The notes beneath the pieces are model-generated. The model was given only the letters and a program-made list of their open reading frames with translations, made no database searches and was not told the DNA's origin. The position numbers were made by a program, and so were the translations under genes. From Thermoanaerobaculia bacterium (GTDB lineage Bacteria; Acidobacteriota; Thermoanaerobaculia; UBA5066), in the NCBI GenBank assembly GCA_038245905.1, contig JBBRRY010000025.1:1-60021 (forward strand): a stretch of 60,021 nucleotides of DNA. The letters run 5' to 3'. Positions 48,353 to 58,390 of the stretch are shown here, piece after piece (position 1 is the first letter of the stretch; every line of letters begins with the position of its first letter).

Positions 48353-48615
48353 AGTTCTCCCGACGCCTCGGCCGCAAGACGACGCCGGAACGTGATGCGA
48401 AACCCCTCCGGCCCGAGGTTCTCCGTCTCGTTCTCGAATCCGAGCTTCGCGAGGACGCCGAAGAGGGGCACCGGCACGAAGGGCGCCCGGACGACGAGCC
48501 TGCCGCCCGGCTCGATGCCGCGCGCCACGGTCAGGATTTTCGAAAGCGGCTCTTCGCCGCGTGCGATGTCGGGCCTCACGTCGAGGAGGGCGTCCGGAGG
48601 AAGGGCGTCGGCCAT
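48349..48615 (-). CDS. DUF2249 domain protein
   Basis: LDVRPDIARGEEPLSKI, APFVPVPLFGVL..GF. Confidence 0.82.
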   Translation of the reverse strand: MADALPPDALLDVRPDIARGEEPLSKILTVARGIEPGGRLVVRAPFVPVPLFGVLAKLGFENETENLGPEGFRITFRRRLAAEASGEL

Positions 48616-48648
48616 GCTTGAATCTGTGCCCTGGGCGCTCGTTCCGCC

Positions 48649-48662
48649 ATGACGGGCGTCAT
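48649..48662. promoter_or_regulatory. Crp/Fnr-family-like box
   Basis: Palindrome ATGAC-GGGC-GTCAT centred 40.5 bp upstream of the ATG at 48615. Confidence 0.6.
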
Positions 48663-48690
48663 ACTCGGTGGAAGAGAGGTTCGGCGTGAA

Positions 48691-50982
48691 CTACGACTCG
48701 GCCCGTTCTCGCCTGCGCGAACCGACGAGCAGAATCGCGACTGCCAGGACCAGCGGGACGACACCGACCACGAGGAATATTCCGTCGGCAAAAACGCGCG
48801 CCCACTCGAGCGTGTGAAACATCCCGCTCATCAGGTACGTGAGCCGCCGCGCGTGCCAGTAGCCGTTCTGAAGGACGTCCCACAGCTGCAGGACGCCAGC
48901 CGGAAAGAGGTCGATCGCCATCATCAGCGCGAGCCCCGCGTTCACCCCCCAGAATCCCACCCTGATCCAGCGCTCGGCCCGGGCCCAAATCGCGTCTTCG
49001 GCCAGCGATCGCAGGCAGAAGACGAGCACGGCCAGCGCCAGCATTCCGAAGACGCCGAAGAGTGACCCGTGGGCATGGTTGTTCGTCAGCGAGGTGCCGA
49101 CCTCGAAATAGGAGACGATCGGCAGGTTGATCAGGAAGCCGAAGATCCCCGCGCCGACGAAGTTCCAGAAGCCAACGGCCATCAGGAAGTAGATCGCCCA
49201 ACGGTGACGGTCCGCGAACGTCGCCTGGCAGTCATCGCACCGCCGCTCTCGGAGGCGAATGAAGTCCCAGGCGTCGAGGGTAAGGAGAGTGAGCGGGACC
49301 ACCTCCAGCGCCGAGAAGCACGCGGCCAGGCCCATGTTGAGCGTTCCCTGGCCCGTGAAGTACCAGTGGTGTCCCGTCCCCACGATGCCTCCGGCCAGGT
49401 AAAGGATGGCATCCAGGTAAATCACGCGCGTGGCCGTACGGGTCGTGACCAGGCCCAGGACCACGAACATCACGGCGACGAGCACGGTTGCGAACAGCTC
49501 GAAGAAGCCCTCCACCCAGAGGTGAATGATCCAGAAGCGCCAGTTGTCGATCACCGCGAAGTTCGTGCGGGGGCCGAAGAAGAGGGCGGGCAGGTAGAAG
49601 AGCGGGATCGCGGCCGCGGCGTAGAGGAAAAGCGAGGCCAGCTCGGACCGCTGCCGGTCCCGGATCGCCGGGCGCAACGCGCGGTACATGAGGACGAGCC
49701 AGCCCGCGAGCCCGGCCGCCAGCAGGAGCTGCCAGAAGCGGCCGAGGTCCAGGTACTCCGAGCCTTGGTGGCCGAGCCAGAACCAGAGCGTGCCCAGGCG
49801 ATCGTTGATGCCCAGCCACTCGCCGCCGAGGCTCCCGAAGACGACGACGGCGAGGGCCCCGAGCAGCGCGAGGGCGCCCGCCCGTTGCCCTCGCGGCTCG
49901 GCACCGCCGACGATCGGCGCGAGGAAGAGGCCGCCGGCAACCCAGGAGGTGGCGATCCAGAAGATGGCGAGCTGGAGATGGAACGTTCGGAGCAGGTTGT
50001 AGGGGAGGATCCGCGCGAGGTCGATCCCGTAGAACGCGCCCGACTCGACTCGATAGTGAGCCAGGGCCCCGCCCGCCAGCGTCTGGAGCAGGAACAGGAG
50101 GGCGACCACGCCGAAGTAAAGGCCGACTGCCCTCTGGCTCGGGGTCAGGGTCCAGCGGGCGAGGGCGCTGTCGTGCATGTGCTCGCGCGCAGAGGGGCCG
50201 TGCCAGCCGAGGTAGTCGAACCGGCCTACCGCAAACAGGACAGTCCCGAGCCCCGCGAGGAGAGTCACGAGGCTGAGCGCGCTCCAGAGAAAAGCCGAGG
50301 CGCTCGGCCGGTTGCCGACGGCCGGCTCATAGGGCCAGTTGTTGGTGTATGAGTAGTCCTTGCCGGGGCGGTTGGCGACCGTCGCCCACGCCGCCCATGC
50401 GAAGTAGGAGGTGAGGGCGTCCAACTCGCCCGGATCGCGGATGTACTTCGCGGGAAGTCCAGGCGCGGGCTTGTCTCCCGAGAAGTAGGAGGCCCACTCT
50501 TTCTTCTGTATCGCCCAGGCCGACGCCTCGGCCGACGAGAAAGACAGCACCCCGGTGCCGGAGTCGTAGCGGTTCTCTTTCAGCAGGTGGTGGACGGCAG
50601 CGTCCACGCTGGATGCCCCGTCCGGATCGAGTTCCGCGTACGGACGGCCGTGATGCTCGCGGGCAAGAGCGTCACGGGCGATCTCCGCTAGCCGATGGAG
50701 GTACTCGGCGCTGTAGTCAGGACCGAGGTACGCTCCGTGACCCCAGAGTGAGCCGTGCTCCATGAGGCCGTACTTGAAGAAGACCTCCTGCCCATGCTCG
50801 ATGTCCTCCCTCGTGAAGAGAGTCGCCCCGGCGGCGTCGGTCACGCGCTCGGGGATGGGGGGAGCGTTCGTGTACGTGAGGACGGTCACCAGCGTGAGCA
50901 GGCTGAAGCCGAGCACCATGACGAGGATGACGGCGTGGCGCCACCACGTGGACAGAGGCTTCTCCGACGGGTCGGTCGACAT
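48691..50982 (-). CDS. norB: Quinol-dependent nitric oxide reductase (qNOR)
   Basis: 763 aa; GSLWGHGAYLGPD, YTNNWP, HLQL, HLWVEGFFE, GTGHH, SALEVVPL, HAH. Confidence 0.95.
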   Translation of the reverse strand: MSTDPSEKPLSTWWRHAVILVMVLGFSLLTLVTVLTYTNAPPIPERVTDAAGATLFTREDIEHGQEVFFKYGLMEHGSLWGHGAYLGPDYSAEYLHRLAEIARDALAREHHGRPYAELDPDGASSVDAAVHHLLKENRYDSGTGVLSFSSAEASAWAIQKKEWASYFSGDKPAPGLPAKYIRDPGELDALTSYFAWAAWATVANRPGKDYSYTNNWPYEPAVGNRPSASAFLWSALSLVTLLAGLGTVLFAVGRFDYLGWHGPSAREHMHDSALARWTLTPSQRAVGLYFGVVALLFLLQTLAGGALAHYRVESGAFYGIDLARILPYNLLRTFHLQLAIFWIATSWVAGGLFLAPIVGGAEPRGQRAGALALLGALAVVVFGSLGGEWLGINDRLGTLWFWLGHQGSEYLDLGRFWQLLLAAGLAGWLVLMYRALRPAIRDRQRSELASLFLYAAAAIPLFYLPALFFGPRTNFAVIDNWRFWIIHLWVEGFFELFATVLVAVMFVVLGLVTTRTATRVIYLDAILYLAGGIVGTGHHWYFTGQGTLNMGLAACFSALEVVPLTLLTLDAWDFIRLRERRCDDCQATFADRHRWAIYFLMAVGFWNFVGAGIFGFLINLPIVSYFEVGTSLTNNHAHGSLFGVFGMLALAVLVFCLRSLAEDAIWARAERWIRVGFWGVNAGLALMMAIDLFPAGVLQLWDVLQNGYWHARRLTYLMSGMFHTLEWARVFADGIFLVVGVVPLVLAVAILLVGSRRRERAES

Positions 50983-51000
50983 GGCTGACTCCTCTTCGGA

Positions 51001-51681
51001 TTATTGCCTCACGGCGCGAAACGTGCCCTCGTAGATCACGGGTCCGCCCCGCACGAACGCGCGTCCTTCGGGAGGGCGGTTGTACTCGGTGAGCGGCCCC
51101 GCGGGATCCTTCTCGAACCCGCCGAGACGCAGCTCCTCCACGAGCTCCGACTCGGTCAGGAAGCACTGGGGCTCCCCTGCGAACTGGGTGAACACGAACG
51201 GCTCGCCCGGGACGGACTGGTCGTCGGGGGCGAGCGTCGCTCGGGAGAACGTGAAGACGAACAGGCCTGCACCCGGCCGCGCGACGCGTGCCGTCTCGGC
51301 GATCGCGAGGCGGAATTCGGCGGCGGACCGCGCGAGATTCCAGATCCCGTGGGCGACCACGAGGTCGACGCTCGCGTCACCGAGCGGCAGCCGGTCCATC
51401 GGCGCGCGTACGAATGCGACCCGCTCGGCCACGCCTTCCGACACGGCTCGACGCCGTGCCGCCTGCAGCATGGGCCAAGCCGTGTCGGTGCCGACGACCG
51501 CCGTGCCGAGCGCCGCCATGGGGGCCGCATTGCGGGCCGCACCGCAGCCCACATCGAGGATGCGGAGCCCCGGACGGCGCGCGAGCTCGGTGCGGACGTA
51601 CCCGATAAGAACCTGGTTGGGAGCAGCCGTCGAAAAGCCCGCGACGACTCCGGGCGCCTCCCATCGGCCGACGCCGGTCAC
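51001..51681 (-). CDS. Class I SAM-dependent methyltransferase
   Basis: ILDVGCGAARN, VDLVV, ARVARPG; GTG start inferred from RBS GGAG. Confidence 0.85.
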   Translation of the reverse strand: MTGVGRWEAPGVVAGFSTAAPNQVLIGYVRTELARRPGLRILDVGCGAARNAAPMAALGTAVVGTDTAWPMLQAARRRAVSEGVAERVAFVRAPMDRLPLGDASVDLVVAHGIWNLARSAAEFRLAIAETARVARPGAGLFVFTFSRATLAPDDQSVPGEPFVFTQFAGEPQCFLTESELVEELRLGGFEKDPAGPLTEYNRPPEGRAFVRGGPVIYEGTFRAVRQ

Positions 51682-51766
51682 CGGGCGTGCTCCGCAAATT
51701 CCGCGCACGAGAAAGAGCGCAGCATGCTTCTCCGGCGGTCTCCGACGAACGTGCGTCTCATACGTC

Positions 51767-52795
51767 CTATGTTGAAGGAGAGCCTCGTTCTGTCAAGTCA
51801 CCGATCCCGGTGGCCTCGCGGATCACCGCCATCGTCTCGCGAGCGATAAAGCGGGCCCTCTCGGCCCCGGACCGAAGAACACTCTCCAGGCCTTCCGGGT
51901 CGGCCGTGAGTTCGCGGTAACGCTCCTGAATCGGCCGGAGCATCTCGATGACGGCGTTCGCCACCGTCTCCTTCAAAAAGCCGTACCCCTTGCCTGCAAA
52001 CAAGGCCGCGGCGACCTCCGCGCTCTGAGAGGTGGCGGCCGCATGGAGCGTGAGGAGGTTCCGGATACCGGGCGAGGCATCCTCGACGCGGATTTCGTGT
52101 CCCGAATCGGTGACGGCCGTCCGGATCGTCCGGCGGATGCTCTCCGCATCGTCCAGAAGGCCGATGGAGTGGCCCGGCCGGTTTTCACCCAGGCTCTTGC
52201 TCATTTTCCCGGCGGGATCGTCGAGACCCATGATTCGCGCTCCGCTCGCGCGGACGAGCGCCGCCGGTTGCACGAAGACCGAGCCGAAGAGATTGTTGAA
52301 CCGTGCCGCGATGTCGCGGGCGAGCTCCACGTGCTGGCGCTGGTCCTCGCCGACCGGAACGACGTCGGCTTTGAAGAGCAGAATGTCGGCCGTCTGGAGG
52401 ACGGGGTAGGTCAGAAGACCCGCTCCCACACTTCCGGCTTCGCCGGCCTTGCTCTTGTATTGCGTCATCCGTTCCAGCCAGCCGATCGGCGTGACGCAGG
52501 TGAGAACCCAGGCCAGCTCCGTGACTTCGGGAACGTGGGACTGAACGAAGATCGTGCTGCGCCGCGGATCGATGCCGCATGCGAGATAGAGGGCGGCTAC
52601 CTCTCGGGTCTTCCGGCGAAGGCGGGCCGGATCGACGCTCTCGGGGAGCGTGAGCGCATGAAGGTCGGCGACCGGGAAGAAGCTCTCGTAGGCGTCCTGC
52701 AGCGCGACCCACTGGGAAAGGGCTCCGACGAAATTCCCGATGTGCAGCTTCCCGGTGGGCTGGACGCCGGAAAGGAGCCGCTTCAGGTTCGACAT
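51767..52795 (-). CDS. trpS: Tryptophan-tRNA ligase
   Basis: SGVQPTG, HIGN, VPVGEDQRQH, KMSKS. Confidence 0.95.
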   Translation of the reverse strand: MSNLKRLLSGVQPTGKLHIGNFVGALSQWVALQDAYESFFPVADLHALTLPESVDPARLRRKTREVAALYLACGIDPRRSTIFVQSHVPEVTELAWVLTCVTPIGWLERMTQYKSKAGEAGSVGAGLLTYPVLQTADILLFKADVVPVGEDQRQHVELARDIAARFNNLFGSVFVQPAALVRASGARIMGLDDPAGKMSKSLGENRPGHSIGLLDDAESIRRTIRTAVTDSGHEIRVEDASPGIRNLLTLHAAATSQSAEVAAALFAGKGYGFLKETVANAVIEMLRPIQERYRELTADPEGLESVLRSGAERARFIARETMAVIREATGIGDLTERGSPST

Positions 52796-52862
52796 CGGTT
52801 GATCTCGTCAGCGGGATCAAGGCGCGTGCGGATGCCTGGGGGCGAGAATGCTCGTGAACGGA

Positions 52863-54203
52863 TCAGAGTTCTCCTTCCGCCCGCATCAGCCGGATGGCCG
52901 CGAGCCGCAAGCCGAGGACCGCCTGGACCCAGCCGGACTCGGCCTGCGTCAACGCCGACTCGGAGTCGAGGAGGTCGGTGAGGCTGCTCGCCCCCGCCTC
53001 GTAGCGGGCGCGTGCGAACCGGAGCGACTCCGACGCCCCGCTCTTCAGCACCTCGGCCTGGGTCACGACCTGACGGGCCTCGGTGAACCTGGAATGGGCC
53101 GTCCAGACCTCCAGATCGATTCTCGCATCGAGCTGCGCCAGCTCCGCTTCTTTCGAGGCGGCCTCGCTCGCGGCCCTGAGGGTCCCGTGGGTCGATGCGA
53201 AGCCGGTGAAGACGGGGATCTGGACGGCGAGGCCGACCGACCAGTCCTTGTCGTGCGGCAGGAAGGTGTCGTCGCGCCAGCCGAAGGCGCCCTCGGCCTT
53301 GAGGCGCGGACCGAAGGTCGCCTTCGCGGCGGTCACGCCGCTCTTCGCGACGGCCACCCGCTGCCGAAGCGACTTCGCCTCGGGGCGCTGCTCCCGGGCG
53401 CGCTTCAAGGCCGTGGAGACGTCGGAGGCTTCCGCTCCTATCGTTGGCGCGCCTTCACGAATCGCCACCGCCAGGTCGACAGGCAAACCCATGGATGAGT
53501 TCAGGTCGCCTTTGGCGATGCGCACGGCGCTCTCGGCTCTCACGACTGCGAGCTCGGCATCGGCCACCTCGACCTGCGCACGGAGGACGTCGGCTTGCGG
53601 CGCGGCACCGGCCGCCTTCCGCCTGCTTGCGATCGCCAGGTGGTCGCCGCTCCGCGCGACGCGGGCGGCCACCGCTTCCCGGGCCGCCTGCGCCGCCAGG
53701 AGCCCGTCATAGGCCTGGTGGACGCCGAGAACGACGTCCTGGCGCACACGCGTCGCGTCCTCTTCCGTGGCCGACTGGCCCGAGCGGGCCGCGTCGAGCT
53801 CCGCCCGGCGCAGGCCGCTGTCGAAGAGAACCCAGCTCGCTTTCAGACCCGCCGACCAGTCGTCGGTCGATCCGACCGTGGTTGTCGGGACCGTCAGCCC
53901 CTGCGGGAGAAAGACGTGCGTGTCGAAGCGCCGGTAGCGCGCCTCGAGGCCCACCTGCGGGTAGTAAGGCGCTCGCGAGATGCCCACGGCTTCCCGCGCA
54001 GCGACGACGCCCTCCTGGGCCGCCCGGTACAGAGGATTCTTGTCGAGGGCGACCCGGACGCAGGCCTCGACACCGAGCGGATCGCCGGGCGCTGGCTGCG
54101 CGGCCGAGGGCGAAGCCACCGACAGGGTGACGATGAGTGCGAGGACGGTCCGGGGGACGAAGCTGTCGAAGAAGTGATTCGATCGGATGTGCATGGTTGT
54201 CAT
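52863..54203 (-). CDS. TolC-family outer membrane efflux protein
   Basis: Signal peptide, ALDKNP, YYPQV, ARYEAGASSLTDLLDSE. Confidence 0.88.
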   Translation of the reverse strand: MTTMHIRSNHFFDSFVPRTVLALIVTLSVASPSAAQPAPGDPLGVEACVRVALDKNPLYRAAQEGVVAAREAVGISRAPYYPQVGLEARYRRFDTHVFLPQGLTVPTTTVGSTDDWSAGLKASWVLFDSGLRRAELDAARSGQSATEEDATRVRQDVVLGVHQAYDGLLAAQAAREAVAARVARSGDHLAIASRRKAAGAAPQADVLRAQVEVADAELAVVRAESAVRIAKGDLNSSMGLPVDLAVAIREGAPTIGAEASDVSTALKRAREQRPEAKSLRQRVAVAKSGVTAAKATFGPRLKAEGAFGWRDDTFLPHDKDWSVGLAVQIPVFTGFASTHGTLRAASEAASKEAELAQLDARIDLEVWTAHSRFTEARQVVTQAEVLKSGASESLRFARARYEAGASSLTDLLDSESALTQAESGWVQAVLGLRLAAIRLMRAEGEL

Positions 54204-54205
54204 CC

Positions 54206-55336
54206 TCAGGCCAGTGTCTTCTTGAACTTGAGCGAGGCGAATCCCAGCATGGCGGTGCCGAGGACAGCGAGCGCCGCCATCTGAGGCCAGAGCACCGAAG
54301 GGCCCGCGCCCTTGAGGAAGATGCCGCGAATGATCACGAGGAAGTACCGGAGCGGGTTCAGGAGCGTGAGCCACTGAACGGCCGCCGGCATGTTGGCAAT
54401 GGGGAACATGAAGCCGGAGAGGAGGACGCCGGGAAAGTAGAAGAAGAAGGCGCTCATCATCGCCTGCTGCTGCGTCCGGCTGACCGTGGAGATGAAGAGG
54501 CCGATGCCGATCGTGTTCATCAGAAAGAGCGTCGTGGCCGCGAAGAGGAGCGGGAGACTCCCGCGGATCGGCACGTCGAACCAGAAGACGGCGATCCCGG
54601 TGATCAGGAGGACGTCGAGATAGGCGATGAGGGCGAAGGGGATGGTCTTCCCGAGGATGAACTCCACCTGACGGATGGGCGTCACCATGATCTGCTCGAT
54701 CGTTCCGATCTCCTTCTCGCGCACGACGGCCATGCTCGAGAGCATCAGCGTGACGAGCAGCACGATCAGGGCGATGACGCCGGGCACGTAAAAGCGGCGG
54801 CTCTCGAGGTTTTCGTTGAACCATGCCCTCGAGACGAGCGTCACGCCTGCCGTGACGGGTCGCTGGCCCGTGGCTTTCGCCAGCCGCTCCGCCACGAGCG
54901 TCTCGTTGAAGCGGCTGGTGATGGCGCTGGCGTAATTCAGGACGATGCCCGCGGTATTGGAGTTGGTCCCGTCCACGAGGATCTGAATCTCGGTCCCCCG
55001 TCCCGTCCTGAGAGACTCCCCGAACCCTGCGTTCATCCGGATGACGGCGCGTGCCTCTCCCCGGTCGATCAGCTCTTGAGCGCGGGCGTCGCTCGCCACG
55101 CGCTCGACGATCCGGAACCAGCCCGAGTCGACGAAACGGGCGACGAGCTCGCGGCTCTCCTGGCTGCTATCGAGGTCCAGGATCGCCGTCGAGACGTTCT
55201 TCACGTCGGTCGACACCGCATAGCCGAAGACGAGCGACTGGACGATCGGCATCAGGATGATGACGCCCTTCATCCGCGGATCGCGCAGGATCTGGATGAA
55301 CTCCTTGACCAGCATCCTCTTCACACGCTCCCACAT
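54206..55336 (-). CDS. ABC-2 permease (YbhR-like)
   Basis: KEFIQILRD, VREKEIGTIEQ, LSGFMFPIANMP. Confidence 0.9.
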   Translation of the reverse strand: MWERVKRMLVKEFIQILRDPRMKGVIILMPIVQSLVFGYAVSTDVKNVSTAILDLDSSQESRELVARFVDSGWFRIVERVASDARAQELIDRGEARAVIRMNAGFGESLRTGRGTEIQILVDGTNSNTAGIVLNYASAITSRFNETLVAERLAKATGQRPVTAGVTLVSRAWFNENLESRRFYVPGVIALIVLLVTLMLSSMAVVREKEIGTIEQIMVTPIRQVEFILGKTIPFALIAYLDVLLITGIAVFWFDVPIRGSLPLLFAATTLFLMNTIGIGLFISTVSRTQQQAMMSAFFFYFPGVLLSGFMFPIANMPAAVQWLTLLNPLRYFLVIIRGIFLKGAGPSVLWPQMAALAVLGTAMLGFASLKFKKTLA

Positions 55337-55341
55337 CGGCT

Positions 55342-56475
55342 TCACTCCAGCTTCTTTCTGAACTTCCTGAGGGCGAGAAGGACCATGGCCCCGGCGAAGA
55401 CCGTGAGGAGCCCTGCCTCGGAGGCCATCACGTCCAGTCCGACGCCCTTCAGATAGATCCCCTTCAGCAGCGCGACGAAGTAGCGTGCCGGAACCGCGAA
55501 CGTGATCAGCTGGACGGTGCGGGGCATGTTGTCGATGTCGTACATAAACCCCGACAGCAGGAAGGCGGGAAGGAACGTCAGCACCATGGCGAGCTGACTC
55601 GCGAGGAGCTGGCTCTTCGTGACGATGCTGATGACGATCCCCAATGAAAGAGCACCCACCAGGAAGATGGCCGCCATGCCGAAAAGGAGGGCCACGCTCC
55701 CCCTGAGCGGGACGTGAAAGACGAATGCTCCCATCAGGACCGAAAGGAGCACGTCGAGCATCCCGATCCCAAAATAGGGCAGGAGCTTGCCCAGGATCAG
55801 CTCGGGCCCCTTCAGCGGCGTCGAGATGAGCTGCTCCATCGTGCCGCTCTCCCACTCCTTCGCCACGGTGAGAGAAGTGAGGAGGGCCGCGATGACCATC
55901 ATGATCACGGCGATCAGGCCCGGGATGATGTAGTTGCGCGATTCCATGTCCTCGTTGAAGAGAACCCGCGACCTGACGACGAGCGGCTGCTCGACCATCC
56001 GAGCCCCCACGCGCCGCAGCGCCTTCGACGTCGCTTCGAGCCCGTGAGCGCGTGCGATACCCTCGGCGTAGCCGATGGCGATGGCCGCCGTGCCGGCGTC
56101 GCTGCCGTCGGCGAGGAGCTGAACGGACGAGGGCCGCCCCGACGTCATCGCGTCGCTGAAGTCTTCGGGGATGACGAGCCCCAGCAGCACGTCGCTCCGG
56201 TCGATGGCCCGCTCGATCTCCCCGTAGCTCGTCGGCTGCCCCTTGACCGAGAAATAACGGGAGCCCGTGAAGCGGCTGACCAGCTCCCGGCTTTCGGGCG
56301 TCTGGCTCCTGTCCCAGATCAGGACCGGTACGTTGTCGACGTCGAGCGACAGCGCGTAGCCGAACAGGACGAGCAGGAGGAGCGGGATCGCGATCCCCAT
56401 CCCCAGGCTCCTGGGGTCCCGCACGATGTGGATGAGCTCCTTGCGGGCTACGGCGAGGAGGCGGCGCGGGCTCAA
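55342..56475 (-). CDS. ABC-2 permease (YbhS-like)
   Basis: KELIHIVRD, AKEWESGTMEQL; TTG start overlapping the upstream stop. Confidence 0.9.
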   Translation of the reverse strand: MSPRRLLAVARKELIHIVRDPRSLGMGIAIPLLLLVLFGYALSLDVDNVPVLIWDRSQTPESRELVSRFTGSRYFSVKGQPTSYGEIERAIDRSDVLLGLVIPEDFSDAMTSGRPSSVQLLADGSDAGTAAIAIGYAEGIARAHGLEATSKALRRVGARMVEQPLVVRSRVLFNEDMESRNYIIPGLIAVIMMVIAALLTSLTVAKEWESGTMEQLISTPLKGPELILGKLLPYFGIGMLDVLLSVLMGAFVFHVPLRGSVALLFGMAAIFLVGALSLGIVISIVTKSQLLASQLAMVLTFLPAFLLSGFMYDIDNMPRTVQLITFAVPARYFVALLKGIYLKGVGLDVMASEAGLLTVFAGAMVLLALRKFRKKLE

Positions 56476-57443
56476 CTCTTCACCTCGGCGGCGACCTTCT
56501 GGCGGCTCCGTTCCTCGATCAGCGACACGAAGACGTCCTCGAGGGAAGGCGTGATCTTCTCGATCGACATTACCGGAATGCCACTTCGGGCAAGCGTGGC
56601 CCTGATCGCCGCCGCGAGGTCGCGCTCCTCCCTCGGGACCACGTGGAGTGCGTTGCCGAAGAGCGAGGCCTCCTTGACACAAGGCAGGGCCTCGACGAGA
56701 GAGAGGGCGTCCTGCGGCCTCTCGCAGACGACCTCGAGGATGGCCTCCTTCATCAGTCGCGTCTTCAGCTCGGAGGGGGTACCCAGGGCGATCAGCTCAC
56801 CGCCGAAAATGAGGCCAAGGCGGTCGCAGTACTCGGCCTCCTCCATGTAGTGGGTCGTCACGAAGACGGTCACCCCTCGCTCCGAGAGGTCGTAGATCAG
56901 GTCCCAGAAGGCGCGCCGGCTCATCGGGTCGACGCCCGACGTCGGCTCGTCGAGGAAGAGGATGGGCGGCTCGTGAAGGACCGCGCAGCCGAGCGCGAGA
57001 CGCTGCTTGACTCCTCCCGAAAGAGTTCCGCACCGCATCTTGCGGTGCTCGCCGAGCCCGGCCATCCGGATGACCCACTCCTTGCGCTCGGCGCGCCTGG
57101 CCGCGGGAATGCCGTAGATGCCGGAGTAGAAGTCGATGTTCTCGTCCACGGTCAGGTCCTCGTAGAGCGAGAATCTCTGGCTCATGTAGCCGATGTGGGC
57201 CTTGATCTCCTCGGTCTCGGTCATGACGTCGAAGCCCGCCACGGTCCCGGTCCCCGCCGAGGGCCTGAGGAGGCCGCAGAGCATCCGGATCGTGGTCGAC
57301 TTGCCGGCGCCGTTCGGGCCGAGGAAGCCGAAGATCTCGCCCTTTCCGACGTCGAGGCTGATTCCGCCCACGGCCACGAAATCGCCGAAGCGCTTCGTGA
57401 GGCCGTTCATGCTCACGGCGGGCTCGTCAGGACGATGCGACAT
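56472..57443 (-). CDS. ABC transporter ATP-binding protein
   Basis: GPNGAGKST, LSGG, LDEPT. Confidence 0.92.
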   Translation of the reverse strand: MSHRPDEPAVSMNGLTKRFGDFVAVGGISLDVGKGEIFGFLGPNGAGKSTTIRMLCGLLRPSAGTGTVAGFDVMTETEEIKAHIGYMSQRFSLYEDLTVDENIDFYSGIYGIPAARRAERKEWVIRMAGLGEHRKMRCGTLSGGVKQRLALGCAVLHEPPILFLDEPTSGVDPMSRRAFWDLIYDLSERGVTVFVTTHYMEEAEYCDRLGLIFGGELIALGTPSELKTRLMKEAILEVVCERPQDALSLVEALPCVKEASLFGNALHVVPREERDLAAAIRATLARSGIPVMSIEKITPSLEDVFVSLIEERSRQKVAAEVKS

Positions 57444-58374
57444 GGCTTTCCGGATCCGTCTGCCGGCCGATGACGGAGATGAAGACGTCCTCGAGGGAGG
57501 GTTTCTTTTCCCGAATACCGTAGAGGGCGAGCCCCTGCTCCGCGAGCGCCGCTTCGATGGCGGGGATCGTCCGGGACGGCTCACGCGTGACGACATGAAT
57601 CCGGTCGCCGAAGAGGCCGACCGACGACGACACGCCGGCATTCTTGAGGGCGGCGGCGGCCGGCCTCGGCTTCTCGGCCGTCACCTCCAGGATGGCGCCG
57701 TCCATCAGCTCCTTGACCTGGTCGGGCGTCCCCTCGGCCACGAGCCGTCCCCTGTGGAGCAGACCCACACGCGTGCAGCGCTCGGCCTCGTCGAGGTAGG
57801 CGGTGGAGACGACGATCGTCACCCCGTCCTCGAGGAGCTTGTACAGGATGCGCCAGAAGTCGCGCCGCGAGACGGGGTCGACGCCGTTGGTCGGCTCGTC
57901 GAGGAAGAGGACCTTCGGCGTGTGGATCAGCGCGCAGACGAGGCCGAGCTTCTGCTTCATGCCGCCGGAGAGGTTTCCGGCCAGGCGCTTCTTGAACGGT
58001 TTCATGCTCGAGAAGGCGAGAAGCTCGTCGATCCGCTCTTCGCGCCCCTTCCGCGGCACGCCGTAGATGTCGGCGTAGAAGTGGATGTTCTCGGCCACCG
58101 TCAGGTCCGGGTAGAGCCCGAACCGCTGGCTCATGTAGCCGATCTCCTCTTTGATCTTCTCGGCGTCCCTCACGATGTGGTGCCCTGAGACGAAGGCATC
58201 TCCGCTCGTGGGTTCCATGCTGCCGGTCAGGAGCCGCATCGTCGTCGTCTTCCCGGCGCCGTCGGGCCCCACGATCCCGTAGATCTCCCCCGATTCGATC
58301 CGCAGGTCCAGGTCGCGGACGGCCTCGACGGTGCCGAAGGCTTTCGTCAGCCCCGTTGCCGCTACGGCGATCAT
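57427..58374 (-). CDS. ABC transporter ATP-binding protein
   Basis: GPDGAGKTT, LSGGMKQK, LDEPT; together with the next gene it resembles a split YbhF. Confidence 0.92.
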   Translation of the reverse strand: MIAVAATGLTKAFGTVEAVRDLDLRIESGEIYGIVGPDGAGKTTTMRLLTGSMEPTSGDAFVSGHHIVRDAEKIKEEIGYMSQRFGLYPDLTVAENIHFYADIYGVPRKGREERIDELLAFSSMKPFKKRLAGNLSGGMKQKLGLVCALIHTPKVLFLDEPTNGVDPVSRRDFWRILYKLLEDGVTIVVSTAYLDEAERCTRVGLLHRGRLVAEGTPDQVKELMDGAILEVTAEKPRPAAAALKNAGVSSSVGLFGDRIHVVTREPSRTIPAIEAALAEQGLALYGIREKKPSLEDVFISVIGRQTDPESHVASS

Positions 58375-58390
58375 TCGGAGGTCCTGGCCG

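Noticed and set aside
48691-50982. NO dismutase (Nod)
   Set aside because: The canonical HLWVEG, GTGHH and SALE residues of qNOR are intact.
51767-52795. Indolmycin-resistant TrpRS by the known His substitution
   Set aside because: The His in ADLHALT is retained.
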